64,000 bases of DNA from an uncultured Spirochaetaceae bacterium. Lineage in GTDB: Bacteria > Myxococcota_A > UBA9160 > UBA4427. Positions 37,358 to 46,650 of the stretch are shown here, one piece after another. The stretch lies in contig CAYTAT010000003.1 of the NCBI GenBank assembly GCA_964435795.1, positions 128,981 through 192,980 of the forward strand. The letters are read 5' to 3'. A program made the translations under genes and the position numbers. The notes below the pieces were generated by a model. It ran no database searches, was not told where the DNA came from, and saw nothing but the letters and a program-made list of their open reading frames with translations. Within the stretch, counting starts at the first letter, position 1; each line of letters starts with the position of its first letter.

Positions 37358-38443
37358 GAACCCGCCCCATTGATCCTCGGGCGGTCCGCATATTGGGAAT
37401 TATCAACGCCTTCCCACCCAAGTCTGTGAGATACTGTCAAAGCCTTCATCCCGAGGGTATTTCACCCGGAGAGTCCTCGGGATCCAGTGAACATCAGAAC
37501 TGGTTCCTAATCCCACTGACTACCCCGAATAGGGCCACCATACCACGAAATAGAACAAAAGAGACAAATTAACAGAAATCATCTCAAATAAATAATAACC
37601 CTATCGCGATTCCCCCTAGGGAAAACTCGGGAATCGGCGGCTGTGGGGAGAGCGGGATGAAGAAGGCGAGAGAGTCTGACGCAATCCGGCTTCGCTGCTG
37701 GCTGGGTCGGGCTCTGACGCCCCCCCGGCGAGGCATGATGGGTAATGAGCGAGTGTTTCACGTCAGTAGACCTGCTTCTGCCTTGAACGGGGCCCTCCCA
37801 CGCGACGGGTCTCGACGGCCTGGGGCTGTCATCGCCGACCCCCAAATGCCGACGAAAGCGGAAATTCAATCGGCACAAGCGCCGGCTGAGACGGCATCGA
37901 GCTTCGCCAGCGAAGAGTGTATGGGCGGGGGCTTCTGCGAGCGGGAAGTCGAAAAGGAGGGCCGGCGGAGGCCATGAGCATGCGGGAGCATCGGGGCCGA
38001 TGGAGCCGGTGTCGGACGGGGACCCCCTCACCCACACACCCTCACGCGTGGTGCGAAGCCCCGGGGCGGCCTTCGGCCCCTACATCCGCTCAACGGCCGA
38101 CGCAGGAGTTGCCCCGATCGAATAGGCTGGATGGAAGCTCCCGACAAGACGAAACTCTCCTCGGAAGTGGCTCGGCAGGACCGGGGCCGCGACCCCATTT
38201 TGACGAAGGTAGCTGGCATTCAGGATCGACTCGCAACCGGCGACGAACGCATAAAGCCCCTGAGGATCTCGCGAGATCCTGCTCCTGCGAGAACTTCGGT
38301 CTGTGCGGCCACGGCCCCCGGCGGAGGGTCCCCCGGTCGGCGAGTGGCGGCAAGATCCTTGAGTGGGGTATCACAATACGGCGTCGGTGAGATCCGCCAA
38401 CACTTTCCCCCAACGAGGCATCGCCCGGCAATAGGGCAACAGT

Positions 38444-39304
38444 ATGAATAATAGCTACAGCAGCGGGATGAGATTCGGCCCGTCCAGCACTCCTCAAGTG
38501 ATCCGAAACCTGCTGATCGCGAACCTGGCGGTCTTCGTCGGCCAGCTCGTAATCCCTCCCCTCAGTGACCTGGGAGTCGTGATTCCCGAACGGGTCTGGC
38601 TGCATCTCGAATTGTGGCGCCCCTTCACTTATCTATGGCTGCATAGCGTCGGTGGCCTGCCCCTGCACCTCGCCATCAATATGTTCATGCTCTGGATGTT
38701 CGGCTCGGAGCTCGCCCTCGACTGGGGCGAGAAACGCTTTCTTCGCTACTACCTCACTTGCGGTATCGGGGCGGGCTTCCTGATCGCCACCCTGCCCTTT
38801 CTGCCAATGCTGATCGGCTGGGGCGAGTGGACAACGCAGCTCGACCTCAGCACCCTCGGCGCATCGGGGGCGGTCATCGCCGTGGTGCTCGCCTACTCCC
38901 TCACATGGCCCTACCAGCGCATCCAACTCCTCTTTCCACCCATCGCCATCAAGGCGATCTGGCTGATTCCAATCATCCTCATCTTCGAATTCATGGGCGG
39001 TCGGGAGAACGTCTCCCATCTCGGCCATCTCGGAGGTCTGTTGATCGGATGGATCTACCTCATCCAGGAGGGCCGCACGCCCGGCATTCCCACCCCCAAC
39101 TCCCTCTGGCACGACTTTCGAGGTAGGAAGAACCAGAAATCGCAACTGGGCAAGAGCCTCCGCAAGCCACCGAGGGCCGTGCGACCTCCTCCAAAACGAT
39201 CGCTCAAGCGCCGTTACGAGCGCCGCACCATGCGCAAGAAGCTGCGTTCGCTTTCGGGTGAGGGAAGTCCGAAGTCGGAGAAGAACGAAGACGAGAAGAG
39301 CTGA
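38444..39304 (+). CDS. rhomboid family intramembrane serine protease
   Basis: ORF 38444..39304. Shows WRPFTYLWLH, GASGAVIAVV (catalytic Ser) and HLGGLLIG (catalytic His). Very basic C-terminal tail. Confidence 0.9.
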   Translation: MNNSYSSGMRFGPSSTPQVIRNLLIANLAVFVGQLVIPPLSDLGVVIPERVWLHLELWRPFTYLWLHSVGGLPLHLAINMFMLWMFGSELALDWGEKRFLRYYLTCGIGAGFLIATLPFLPMLIGWGEWTTQLDLSTLGASGAVIAVVLAYSLTWPYQRIQLLFPPIAIKAIWLIPIILIFEFMGGRENVSHLGHLGGLLIGWIYLIQEGRTPGIPTPNSLWHDFRGRKNQKSQLGKSLRKPPRAVRPPPKRSLKRRYERRTMRKKLRSLSGEGSPKSEKNEDEKS

Positions 39305-39608
39305 GAAGAGAAGAGCTGAGGCGCGGCAAAACTATGACTTTCGCTCTGGACTTTCCACGCGGAAAAGGCTCCGCCATATGGCCGAGGCAGGCGGTGGGGG
39401 GTGCCCGGTACGCTCTTCGGGGCTGTACGGAAAAACACTCGCTCGCAGGGATTCGAGGCGAGACATTGCCGCCACTCGTGTGGGCCAGAGCATGGAGGGG
39501 TGCCGCCCCGGCAGAGCTCTCAGCTCAGACACGGGCGAGCGAGCGGGAATGTGGCAGGGGTCCTGGAGCCGTGAACCGCGGCCCAACCCATCCGGGAGGT
39601 TCAGGGAT

Positions 39609-39818
39609 ATGCCGACTCATTTCGAGGTGATCGAGGATGACTGCATCGGTTGCGCTCTCTGTATTGAACGAGCCCCAGAGAACCTGGAGATCGTCCGGGA
39701 TGAGAGTATCGCGCACATCATCGCCCAGCCGTCGAATGACGAAGAGGTACTCGCTTGTATGGAGGCCGCCGAATATTGTCCCATGGGCGCACTCTCCGTC
39801 CGTAGCTCGAAATCCTGA
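39609..39818 (+). CDS. small single-cluster ferredoxin
   Basis: C-terminal 69 codons of ORF 39258..39818, from ATG 39609: MPTHFEVIEDDCIGCALCIERAP...EYCPMGAL. Confidence 0.65.
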   Translation: MPTHFEVIEDDCIGCALCIERAPENLEIVRDESIAHIIAQPSNDEEVLACMEAAEYCPMGALSVRSSKS

Positions 39819-40136
39819 GAACTCTCACGACTGCGGTTTCGCGCTGACAAAGGCCGGCCATCCGCCGATTCTCGCTGTCGGCCCAGGGGCGCAGAGAGTT
39901 CGGGGCGGCAGACCTCTGCGGGGAAGCCACCCAATGGCGCGCTCCGGAGAATCTGAGCGCAGCCGACCCGGAGCCCTCGGTGCGCACCCGCCCATCAAAT
40001 CCAGGATACCGCCTCGACTCGAGGAGAGCCCCCCGAAGCTCGGCCGGAGAGCGACCTTCGTTCGGCTTCGGAGGCCCGTGATGTATTGTATTTTGCCCCT
40101 CGATCCCGGGAATCAGAGCTTCAAGGGGGCGCGCCC

Positions 40137-40754
40137 ATGAGCGGAAGCAAGATCATTCCCTTCGATCAGAGTCGGCGGGTATTGCGCAGGGTCTTCCCGG
40201 GGAAGATCACCCTCGCCGTACTGATCTTCGCGATTTTCGACGCGATGATGCTCGTCGGCATGACGACCATCTTCCTGCTCACGCGGGCGGCGACGGGAGA
40301 GGCCTGGCCCCCGACGGGACAGCCCTGGTTCCCGCCGGATCAGATCGCAATCAATACGGGGGCCCTGCTCGCGAGCGGCCTGCTGGTCTTCCTGTCGGGC
40401 AGAGCCCGGAAGAAACGAGAGGCCCGCGCCGCGCCGCTGCTTTTCACGGCAATGCTGCTCGGAATCTTCTTCCTCTTCTTCCAGGCTGCCCTCTGGATCA
40501 TGCTCGCAAGCGAGGGACTGAACCTGACCTCGAGCCAGCACGGCATCTTCTTCTGCGTGCTTGCGGCATTCTACGCCGCCAATCTCCTGACCGCCCTGAT
40601 CTTCCTCTTCATCATCTGGTTGCGCCTGAAGCCCCTGGGCGACGAGAATGGCGAAGACCGTGGATTCCTCGACTCCAGTACCTTTTCGGCGGCACGCATC
40701 TTCTGGTACTTCGTTATGGCCATCTGGCCCATTCTCTGGCTCTTCTTATACTGA
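40137..40754 (+). CDS. heme-copper oxidase subunit III family protein (NorE-like)
   Basis: ORF 40086..40754 trimmed to ATG 40137. Five TM segments. FFLFFQAALW and IFWYFVMAIWPILWLFLY are CoxIII-like. Confidence 0.65.
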   Translation: MSGSKIIPFDQSRRVLRRVFPGKITLAVLIFAIFDAMMLVGMTTIFLLTRAATGEAWPPTGQPWFPPDQIAINTGALLASGLLVFLSGRARKKREARAAPLLFTAMLLGIFFLFFQAALWIMLASEGLNLTSSQHGIFFCVLAAFYAANLLTALIFLFIIWLRLKPLGDENGEDRGFLDSSTFSAARIFWYFVMAIWPILWLFLY

Positions 40755-40897
40755 TTCGAAGCCGCGGATGGAAGCCATCGGGAGAAATGCCCCGATTCCG
40801 GTGTCGATCTGCAGCGTGCAGAAGCTTCGAAGGGGAGACGGGGGCAGCGGGGGAGTGCGGATTTCGACGCCGTATCCGGGATGCCAACGCTTCTCGC

Positions 40898-41239
40898 CTA
40901 GACGTCTCGGTCGGGGATTCGGTCTTCTCCAACGCGATCTTCGTCGACCCCTTCCCCGGAACCCGTCCGGATGACTCTCAGGAACTTCCAGGTGTCGACA
41001 TATTGATATAGCCAGATGTCTTCATAGATCTGCCCACTGCCGGGCTTCTGATAGGAGACATGGCATCGGACACTTTCGGGAGAACCCTCCGACGCACCGG
41101 ATTCCACGATCCGATAGCTCGGATGCCGATTGGAGAAGTCCTCTCTCACCTGCCGATTGCATGGATCGCGCAGATAGACATAGCCGACCGCGATCACGAA
41201 AACGCTGAATAGCAGGGCATAGTATTTGAACATCGACAA
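40898..41239 (-). CDS. hypothetical membrane-anchored protein
   Basis: ORF 40898..41239. N-terminal TM helix YYALLFSVFVIAVGYVYL, then a small soluble part. No recognised family. Confidence 0.4.
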   Translation of the reverse strand: MSMFKYYALLFSVFVIAVGYVYLRDPCNRQVREDFSNRHPSYRIVESGASEGSPESVRCHVSYQKPGSGQIYEDIWLYQYVDTWKFLRVIRTGSGEGVDEDRVGEDRIPDRDV

Positions 41240-41448
41240 GGCTCGCTACGACAGCTCGTTAAGACAAGGGGTTCAAAGTTTTGGCGCCTCGGCCCTGAAC
41301 CGGTCGACGGAGTCGATTCACCTCTCCCGTCCCCATCCTTGCCCCATCCTTGGAAAAGCAATTCCATCGACTGGGGCCCCACACCGATCCGGATCAATGC
41401 CACGAGAAGGACCCGCAAAGATCGAGCGGTCGAGAGAGCTGAACACCG

Positions 41449-41475
41449 CTACGATTTCTACGATTTCTACGATTT
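41449..41475. repeat. tandem repeat, 9 bp x 3 (CTACGATTT)
   Basis: Three perfect copies in the intergenic region downstream of norB. Confidence 0.9.
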
Positions 41476-41536
41476 TATCCCGATATCAGTAGAGATCGCA
41501 ACTCGGAAACAATCCGAGAGGCACCCCCCCCCTTAC

Positions 41537-41580
41537 CGGCCTGATCTCCCTTTCTTTCTAGCGGGAGATCAGGCCGTTTT
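41537..41580 (+). terminator. intrinsic-terminator-like hairpin oriented for the plus strand
   Basis: Perfect 14-bp stem CGGCCTGATCTCCC / GGGAGATCAGGCCG, 12-nt loop, followed by TTTT on the plus strand. Lies 30 nt beyond the norB stop. Confidence 0.5.
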
Positions 41581-41608
41581 GCGAGGAGGGGGTTTCTTGG
41601 GAAGAATC

Positions 41609-43936
41609 TTACGCAGCCCAATCCTTTTCGTAGACCGTCCACTCGCCCTCTTCAGAATCGGCCTCTTCCTTGAGCTTGGTTCCACTCTTTACGATGAACC
41701 AGATCAAGGGCAGAACGCCGCCGACGATGAAGAGAGTTCCGCCGATCGCCCTGAAATAGGTCAGGGTCTTCCAGACCGTTCCCGTCAGGATTTCCTGGGA
41801 GCGGGCGTACCAGAGTCCGTCCTGCACCACGATCATCAACTGATACAAACCAACGGGGAAGAGATCGAGGAACATCATCAATGCCACTCCGCCATTCAGT
41901 GACCAGAAGGCCGTACGAACCAGCTTGGGATTCCAGGCTTCCTTGGAGATCAGATGCTGGATGCAGAAGAGCATGCCACCCAATGCGATATTCCCCTTGA
42001 CCCCGAACATCGCAGCATGGGCGTGATTACCGGTCATATAAGTCGCATGCTCGTAATAGTTCACGATGGGCAGATTGATCAGCGATCCGAATACTCCGGC
42101 TCCGAAGATATTCCAGAAGTTCACGGCCAGGACGAATAGCCAGACGCCTTCCATCACGAATAGCTGTCGACCCTGGACAAGATTCACATTCGCCCGGGAG
42201 GCCTCCGACTTCATGCGCCATGCATCGAGGGTCAGCAGGAGAAGAGGTAGAACCTGAAGCGTGGAGAAGACACCGCCTACGGCGATGATCCCCGTGGGCT
42301 TCGCGATCCAGTAGAAGTTATGCGAAATGCCAAGTGTGGCAGTCACGAGGAACATCATGACGGCGAGGAAGATCACCCGTTCGCACATCACGCGCGAAAT
42401 CAGGCCCATCTGGACGAGGATATAACCCACGATGACAGTCGTGAATACTTCAAAGGTCACCTCAACCCACATATGGACAACCATCCAGCGCCAATAGTCG
42501 GAAACCGCGAAATTCTGCTCCGGCGAAATCATCAGACCAAAGAAGAGAAACGCGACCATGATTCCACTTCCATAGAGGAGCCATGAAGGAACCGACCAGA
42601 TGTTCCGCGCGGTGAGCCACGGCCTGACCGCACGGTAGATGATGAAGATCCAGAGAGCGAATGAACTCAGCAGGGTGTACTGGAAGAATCGCCCGATCTC
42701 CATGAATTCCCAGCCCTGGCTTCCAAACCAATACGCGGTCGATCCGGTGATCATCCCCGTCTGCCCCGCGTAGATGCCAACCAAGGCACCCGCGCCGGTA
42801 ACCATGCAGATCGCGAATAGCGCGTTAATCAGGAATAGCTGTCCGTTCGGGACCTTGGAAATCCTCGGCAGGAAGAAAATCGTATAGCCCACCCAGGCCA
42901 TAAAGAACCAGTAGATCTGGAATATCGTGTGGTAGCTGCGCAGAACGGTGAAGGGAATGATCTCGCCCAGGGAAATCCCGAATGGACGAACGAAGTCCAT
43001 GGAAGCGAGCATACCCGCGAGCACCTGGCATCCGAAGAGGATGATCGAGAAGACGAAGAATTTATACGTCGCCCTCTGGGTCGCGCGCACGCGCCCCTCT
43101 TCAAGGTCATTCGTAGTAAGGGATGTGCCATCTCCTTCAAAGGCGTCCCCCTGTTGCTTGAATTGGCCGTATATATAGAGGACGGCAGCAATACCGAGAA
43201 ACAATCCAAAGATCGAGACGAAGCTCCAGAGCCACGTCTGGCCGGTGGCCGTATTGCCGGCGTCGGGATCGTAGGGCCAATTATGGGTATAGCTATAGTC
43301 CTGGTTCGGACGATTCGCAGCAGAGACCCAGGCCCCCCAGAAGAAGAAGGCGGTGAGGTCGCGGAGATCGGTAGGATCGGAGATGTATCCCGCTGGATCG
43401 AAGGCTTCCTCATACTCGGCATCATTGAACATGGCCGTGTAGTGGCTGATCAGGTTCTGAAAGGCCTGGATCTGCGCCTCATTGATAACGATCTTCTCGG
43501 CTTTCTCATCCCAGCCGTTGAAATGAAGTTCCCGGCGCACCCTCGCCGCGATCGCATCCCGATCGTATTGGGTGACATTCGAAGTGCTGGTGGACAACTC
43601 CTCTTCATAGAATTCCCGCATCGTCACGACAGTTCGGTGAAGGGCGTCAGCGGTAAAGTCGGGACCGCGTTCCGCACCGTCACCCCAGAACGACCCATAT
43701 CCCATCAGGCCCCTCAGATGAAATACTTCCTGCCCGTGCTTGATTTCTTCGCGGGTAATCACCACCTCTCCAGTAGTGGCCGACGTGAAGGCCTCAAGGG
43801 GAGGAGCTCCCGTATAGGTTTGGGTACCGAGATAGATCAGCCCGGTGATGCAGATCGCCGAAACGATCAGGAAATGCACCCACCAGGTCTGCTTGTCCTG
43901 CAGTATTTGTGCAACATTCCGGCCCTCATCACTCAT
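41609..43936 (-). CDS. norB: quinol-dependent nitric oxide reductase (qNOR, NorZ-type fused NorB)
   Basis: ORF 41609..43936, 775 aa. N-terminal TM plus periplasmic extension, then a heme-copper oxidase core with HNFYW and GNHAHAAMFGV. Confidence 0.9.
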   Translation of the reverse strand: MSDEGRNVAQILQDKQTWWVHFLIVSAICITGLIYLGTQTYTGAPPLEAFTSATTGEVVITREEIKHGQEVFHLRGLMGYGSFWGDGAERGPDFTADALHRTVVTMREFYEEELSTSTSNVTQYDRDAIAARVRRELHFNGWDEKAEKIVINEAQIQAFQNLISHYTAMFNDAEYEEAFDPAGYISDPTDLRDLTAFFFWGAWVSAANRPNQDYSYTHNWPYDPDAGNTATGQTWLWSFVSIFGLFLGIAAVLYIYGQFKQQGDAFEGDGTSLTTNDLEEGRVRATQRATYKFFVFSIILFGCQVLAGMLASMDFVRPFGISLGEIIPFTVLRSYHTIFQIYWFFMAWVGYTIFFLPRISKVPNGQLFLINALFAICMVTGAGALVGIYAGQTGMITGSTAYWFGSQGWEFMEIGRFFQYTLLSSFALWIFIIYRAVRPWLTARNIWSVPSWLLYGSGIMVAFLFFGLMISPEQNFAVSDYWRWMVVHMWVEVTFEVFTTVIVGYILVQMGLISRVMCERVIFLAVMMFLVTATLGISHNFYWIAKPTGIIAVGGVFSTLQVLPLLLLTLDAWRMKSEASRANVNLVQGRQLFVMEGVWLFVLAVNFWNIFGAGVFGSLINLPIVNYYEHATYMTGNHAHAAMFGVKGNIALGGMLFCIQHLISKEAWNPKLVRTAFWSLNGGVALMMFLDLFPVGLYQLMIVVQDGLWYARSQEILTGTVWKTLTYFRAIGGTLFIVGGVLPLIWFIVKSGTKLKEEADSEEGEWTVYEKDWAA

Positions 43937-44334
43937 GATCGGATTCCTTGCTATTCATGGGTTGGGTATTACTGGAGTAACAGATCTGTTTATCTAGTAT
44001 TTGATTTTACAACGATCCGAACCGACCCGGCCTCTGTCATACGACGGGAAGCCCCCGTTCAAGATCCGGAATCTGAAAAATTCACCAGTGGCCCCCGGAG
44101 GATGACGATCGGAGTGCCGCGGATGGATCGAACCGATCCACGGACACCATGCAGCCCTCTGCGGCCACTCCGATGGACGAAAAAGTCCTCCGGTGAGGAG
44201 GAATCCCCACCCCGCGCCTTCGAGACGCTAGTGCCCCTGGGGGATAGGCTTGGGCCTCCGGAGGGCAGGGCGAACCCCACGCCACCTGGACTTCTGCCGA
44301 AGCCAGGCCCTGCCCCGCACCCGCGCCGGGGAAG

Positions 44335-45297
44335 TCAGTTCGTCAGTCCGGCCTGCTGATACTTCGAAAGAGTTCTATCCGTGATCAATCCGACTCGCTC
44401 GAGTTGCGGGTAGGCGTAGTCGCGGAAGGGATTCGGCTGGGCCTTCACGAATTCCGGATCCCTCATCCTCGAGGCCGCCTCATCCGCCGCTCGAACGGGA
44501 TCAATGCCCAGATCCTCGTAGATCACCGCGATCGGATCGACGGGATTGCCTTCCCGCAGTTGGGGGGTGGTGGCCAACAATGTCATCGCCGTCCAGGCGA
44601 AGTCCTCCAGGCGATCCCGATCCTCTTCGTTCATCTTGGGGATCTCATCCTTCATGTAGATCAGCCCATAGGATACGTGCCGAGCCTCATCCTGTGCGGT
44701 CAGTTCGACCACCTTGCGGAAGACCTCATCATTCGTGAGTTTCATCATCGTCTTGAATGAGCCCATCGCCAGGCTTTCCGCGATGACCTGCATCCCGATA
44801 CATTTCATCTGCCAAAGATCCGCCGTAAGGACGGCGTCCAGCAGGGCCTTCAGCCCGGGCATGATCGGGTAGATTCGATCCAATCGCTGGATGTAGCGAT
44901 GAAAGACCTCGACATGACGAGCCTCATCGACGACCTGGGTGGATGCGTAGAGCTTTCCATCCATGTCGGGGACGACCTCCACCAATTGCCCGCAGATCAT
45001 CATCGCCCCCTGCTCTCCATGGAGAAAGGTAGAGAGAAGATGGGCCGACTTCCGCTTCGCGAGTTCGATCTGCTTCTCCCGCGGCAGAGCTTTCACAAAG
45101 TCGAAAGGCTCGGCATTCGGAGCACTCATATCGCCCACCTGGGTGGGATCGGTCTCGATCTCCCAGGGGATGTCCGTAGCGGCGTTCCACTGCTCTTTCT
45201 TCGCAACCTCGTAGAGATCTCGCAGCGGCTTGATATTCGTATCGTAATCGTAACGCCAGAGTGCCTTGACCGTGGTGTCAATCGTTTCAAAGTTCAT
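44335..45297 (-). CDS. ferritin-like diiron-carboxylate protein (R2/AurF/desaturase-like), function unknown
   Basis: ORF 44335..45297. Two DEARH motifs (VVDEARHVEVF, AQDEARHVSYG) plus upstream Glu positions (HGEQGA, IAESLA) give the E / ExxH / E / ExxH diiron pattern. Confidence 0.6.
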   Translation of the reverse strand: MNFETIDTTVKALWRYDYDTNIKPLRDLYEVAKKEQWNAATDIPWEIETDPTQVGDMSAPNAEPFDFVKALPREKQIELAKRKSAHLLSTFLHGEQGAMMICGQLVEVVPDMDGKLYASTQVVDEARHVEVFHRYIQRLDRIYPIMPGLKALLDAVLTADLWQMKCIGMQVIAESLAMGSFKTMMKLTNDEVFRKVVELTAQDEARHVSYGLIYMKDEIPKMNEEDRDRLEDFAWTAMTLLATTPQLREGNPVDPIAVIYEDLGIDPVRAADEAASRMRDPEFVKAQPNPFRDYAYPQLERVGLITDRTLSKYQQAGLTN

Positions 45298-45702
45298 CTG
45301 TCTATACTCTCCAATTCCTTCAGTCTATGCGGAACGCACAATAGAAGCGAAGCCCTCTACCGAAGCCCCCTCGTTTTCCTGAAGCGAGAAACATCCGGCA
45401 TTTTTTTGACTCTATACGCTCTCGGCCGCACGGCGCCTCGGCCATATGACGGGTTCGGAGTGCCCCGAATTCCCATTCCGAGACCCTCCAAACGCCTCGA
45501 TCCAACGCCGCCGCCGACGGATTTCGACGGATTCGCGGTCCGCAACGGGGAGGACCGCCCCATCCCGCTCGACGAGGCCAATCCCATCAAAGAGAAGTCG
45601 AGGGCCCGCACTTCGCCCGACTCGAAGTCAGGAGCCTCGGGGTCGATCCGACGCATGGGATGCCGCTCCGGGCCTGACTTCGATTCCCATATCGCGATGG
45701 GA

Positions 45703-46647
45703 TCAGTCGAGCAGCGGAGCGACCTGGCTGCCAAAAGCCCGCATCTGATCGAGAAGTTCCGCGAGTGAGCGGTTGCGAAAGCGAAGCTGCAGATGGTTGA
45801 CACCCATCGCGGCAAATTCGCGCAGGCTTTCGGCAATGAATTCGGGGCTTCCGCTGAGCACTTCGCCGTCGATCTCCCACATCGGCGTGCCGATGTAGAG
45901 GGGTTCCGTGATGGCGCCGATATCCAGGGGGTGATCGGCGAGAAAGCGGCTACGCGTCTCCGTCAGGATGGCGATATCCTGCCTCAATCCCCTTCGCCCC
46001 GCTCGCTGGGGAAGCCAGCCATCCCCGAGTTCTGCGGCTCGCCCCAGGGCAGCTCGCGAGGAACCGCCCACCCAGACCGGAATCCGGGACTGTCGTGGCC
46101 GGGGCGCCAGGCCCGCGTCGGAAACCGACCATCGTTCACCCCGATGGCTGGGAAACTCATGCTCGAATGCCTGACGAATCAGCGCAATAGCCTCGTTGGC
46201 ATCCCGCCCGCGACTCTGGAAATCCGCTCCCAGGAATTCGAACTCCCCCTGCAGATGCCCGACACCCACACCCAGGATCACGCGCCCCCCCGACAATTCA
46301 TCCAATGTCATGAATGCCTTCGCGGTGAGCAGGGGATGGCGGTGGGTCAGATTGTAGACGTGGGAGAGCAGGCGCACATTCCGGGTGATTCCGGCCAGAT
46401 AACCCAACGTGGCCACGGTATCGTACCAACGCGTTCTCATGCTCGATTGCCGTGATTTCGGAATCGCCGTGTGATCGCAAACCCCCAGGTAGAAGAAGCC
46501 ATTCGAATCCGCTTCCGAGGCGATCTCAGCCATGGCATCCGTGCCGGCAGACAACTCCCAGGGCTCGGCGTAGAGGCTGCTGATCGATTGGATCGGCAAC
46601 TGCATGCCGTAGACGATTCGCCCGGATGGAATGATCGAAGTATTCAT
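45703..46647 (-). CDS. LLM-class (luciferase-like) oxidoreductase, F420-dependent-type
   Basis: ORF 45703..46647. YGMQLPIQS...FFYLGVCDHTAIP and VILGVGVGH resemble the Rv2161c-type LLM family. Confidence 0.75.
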   Translation of the reverse strand: MNTSIIPSGRIVYGMQLPIQSISSLYAEPWELSAGTDAMAEIASEADSNGFFYLGVCDHTAIPKSRQSSMRTRWYDTVATLGYLAGITRNVRLLSHVYNLTHRHPLLTAKAFMTLDELSGGRVILGVGVGHLQGEFEFLGADFQSRGRDANEAIALIRQAFEHEFPSHRGERWSVSDAGLAPRPRQSRIPVWVGGSSRAALGRAAELGDGWLPQRAGRRGLRQDIAILTETRSRFLADHPLDIGAITEPLYIGTPMWEIDGEVLSGSPEFIAESLREFAAMGVNHLQLRFRNRSLAELLDQMRAFGSQVAPLLD

Positions 46648-46650
46648 ACT

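Noticed and set aside
38131-38451. 106-aa ORF ending 8 nt inside the rhomboid gene. Its first half (MEAPDKTKLSSEVARQDRGRDPILTKVAGIQDRL) looks mildly protein-like.
   Set aside because: By hand count, third-position G+C is not enriched over bulk. The second half is Pro/Arg/Gly/Ser-rich and no family is recognised. I kept it only as a possibility under the gap finding.
44001-44012. TTGATTTTACAA upstream of norB as an FNR/Dnr box.
   Set aside because: Only the left half-site TTGAT matches. The right half (CAACG at N4 spacing) does not match ATCAA.
44124-44140. TGGATCGAACCGATCCA, which looks like the reverse complement of a tRNA T-arm (TCGAACC).
   Set aside because: It folds as a 7-bp stem with a 3-nt loop, not a 5-bp stem with a 7-nt T-loop. 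No acceptor, D or anticodon arms can be built around it.
42929-44359. 476-aa ORF antisense to norB.
   Set aside because: The opposite strand is an unambiguous heme-copper oxidase. This ORF has no motifs.
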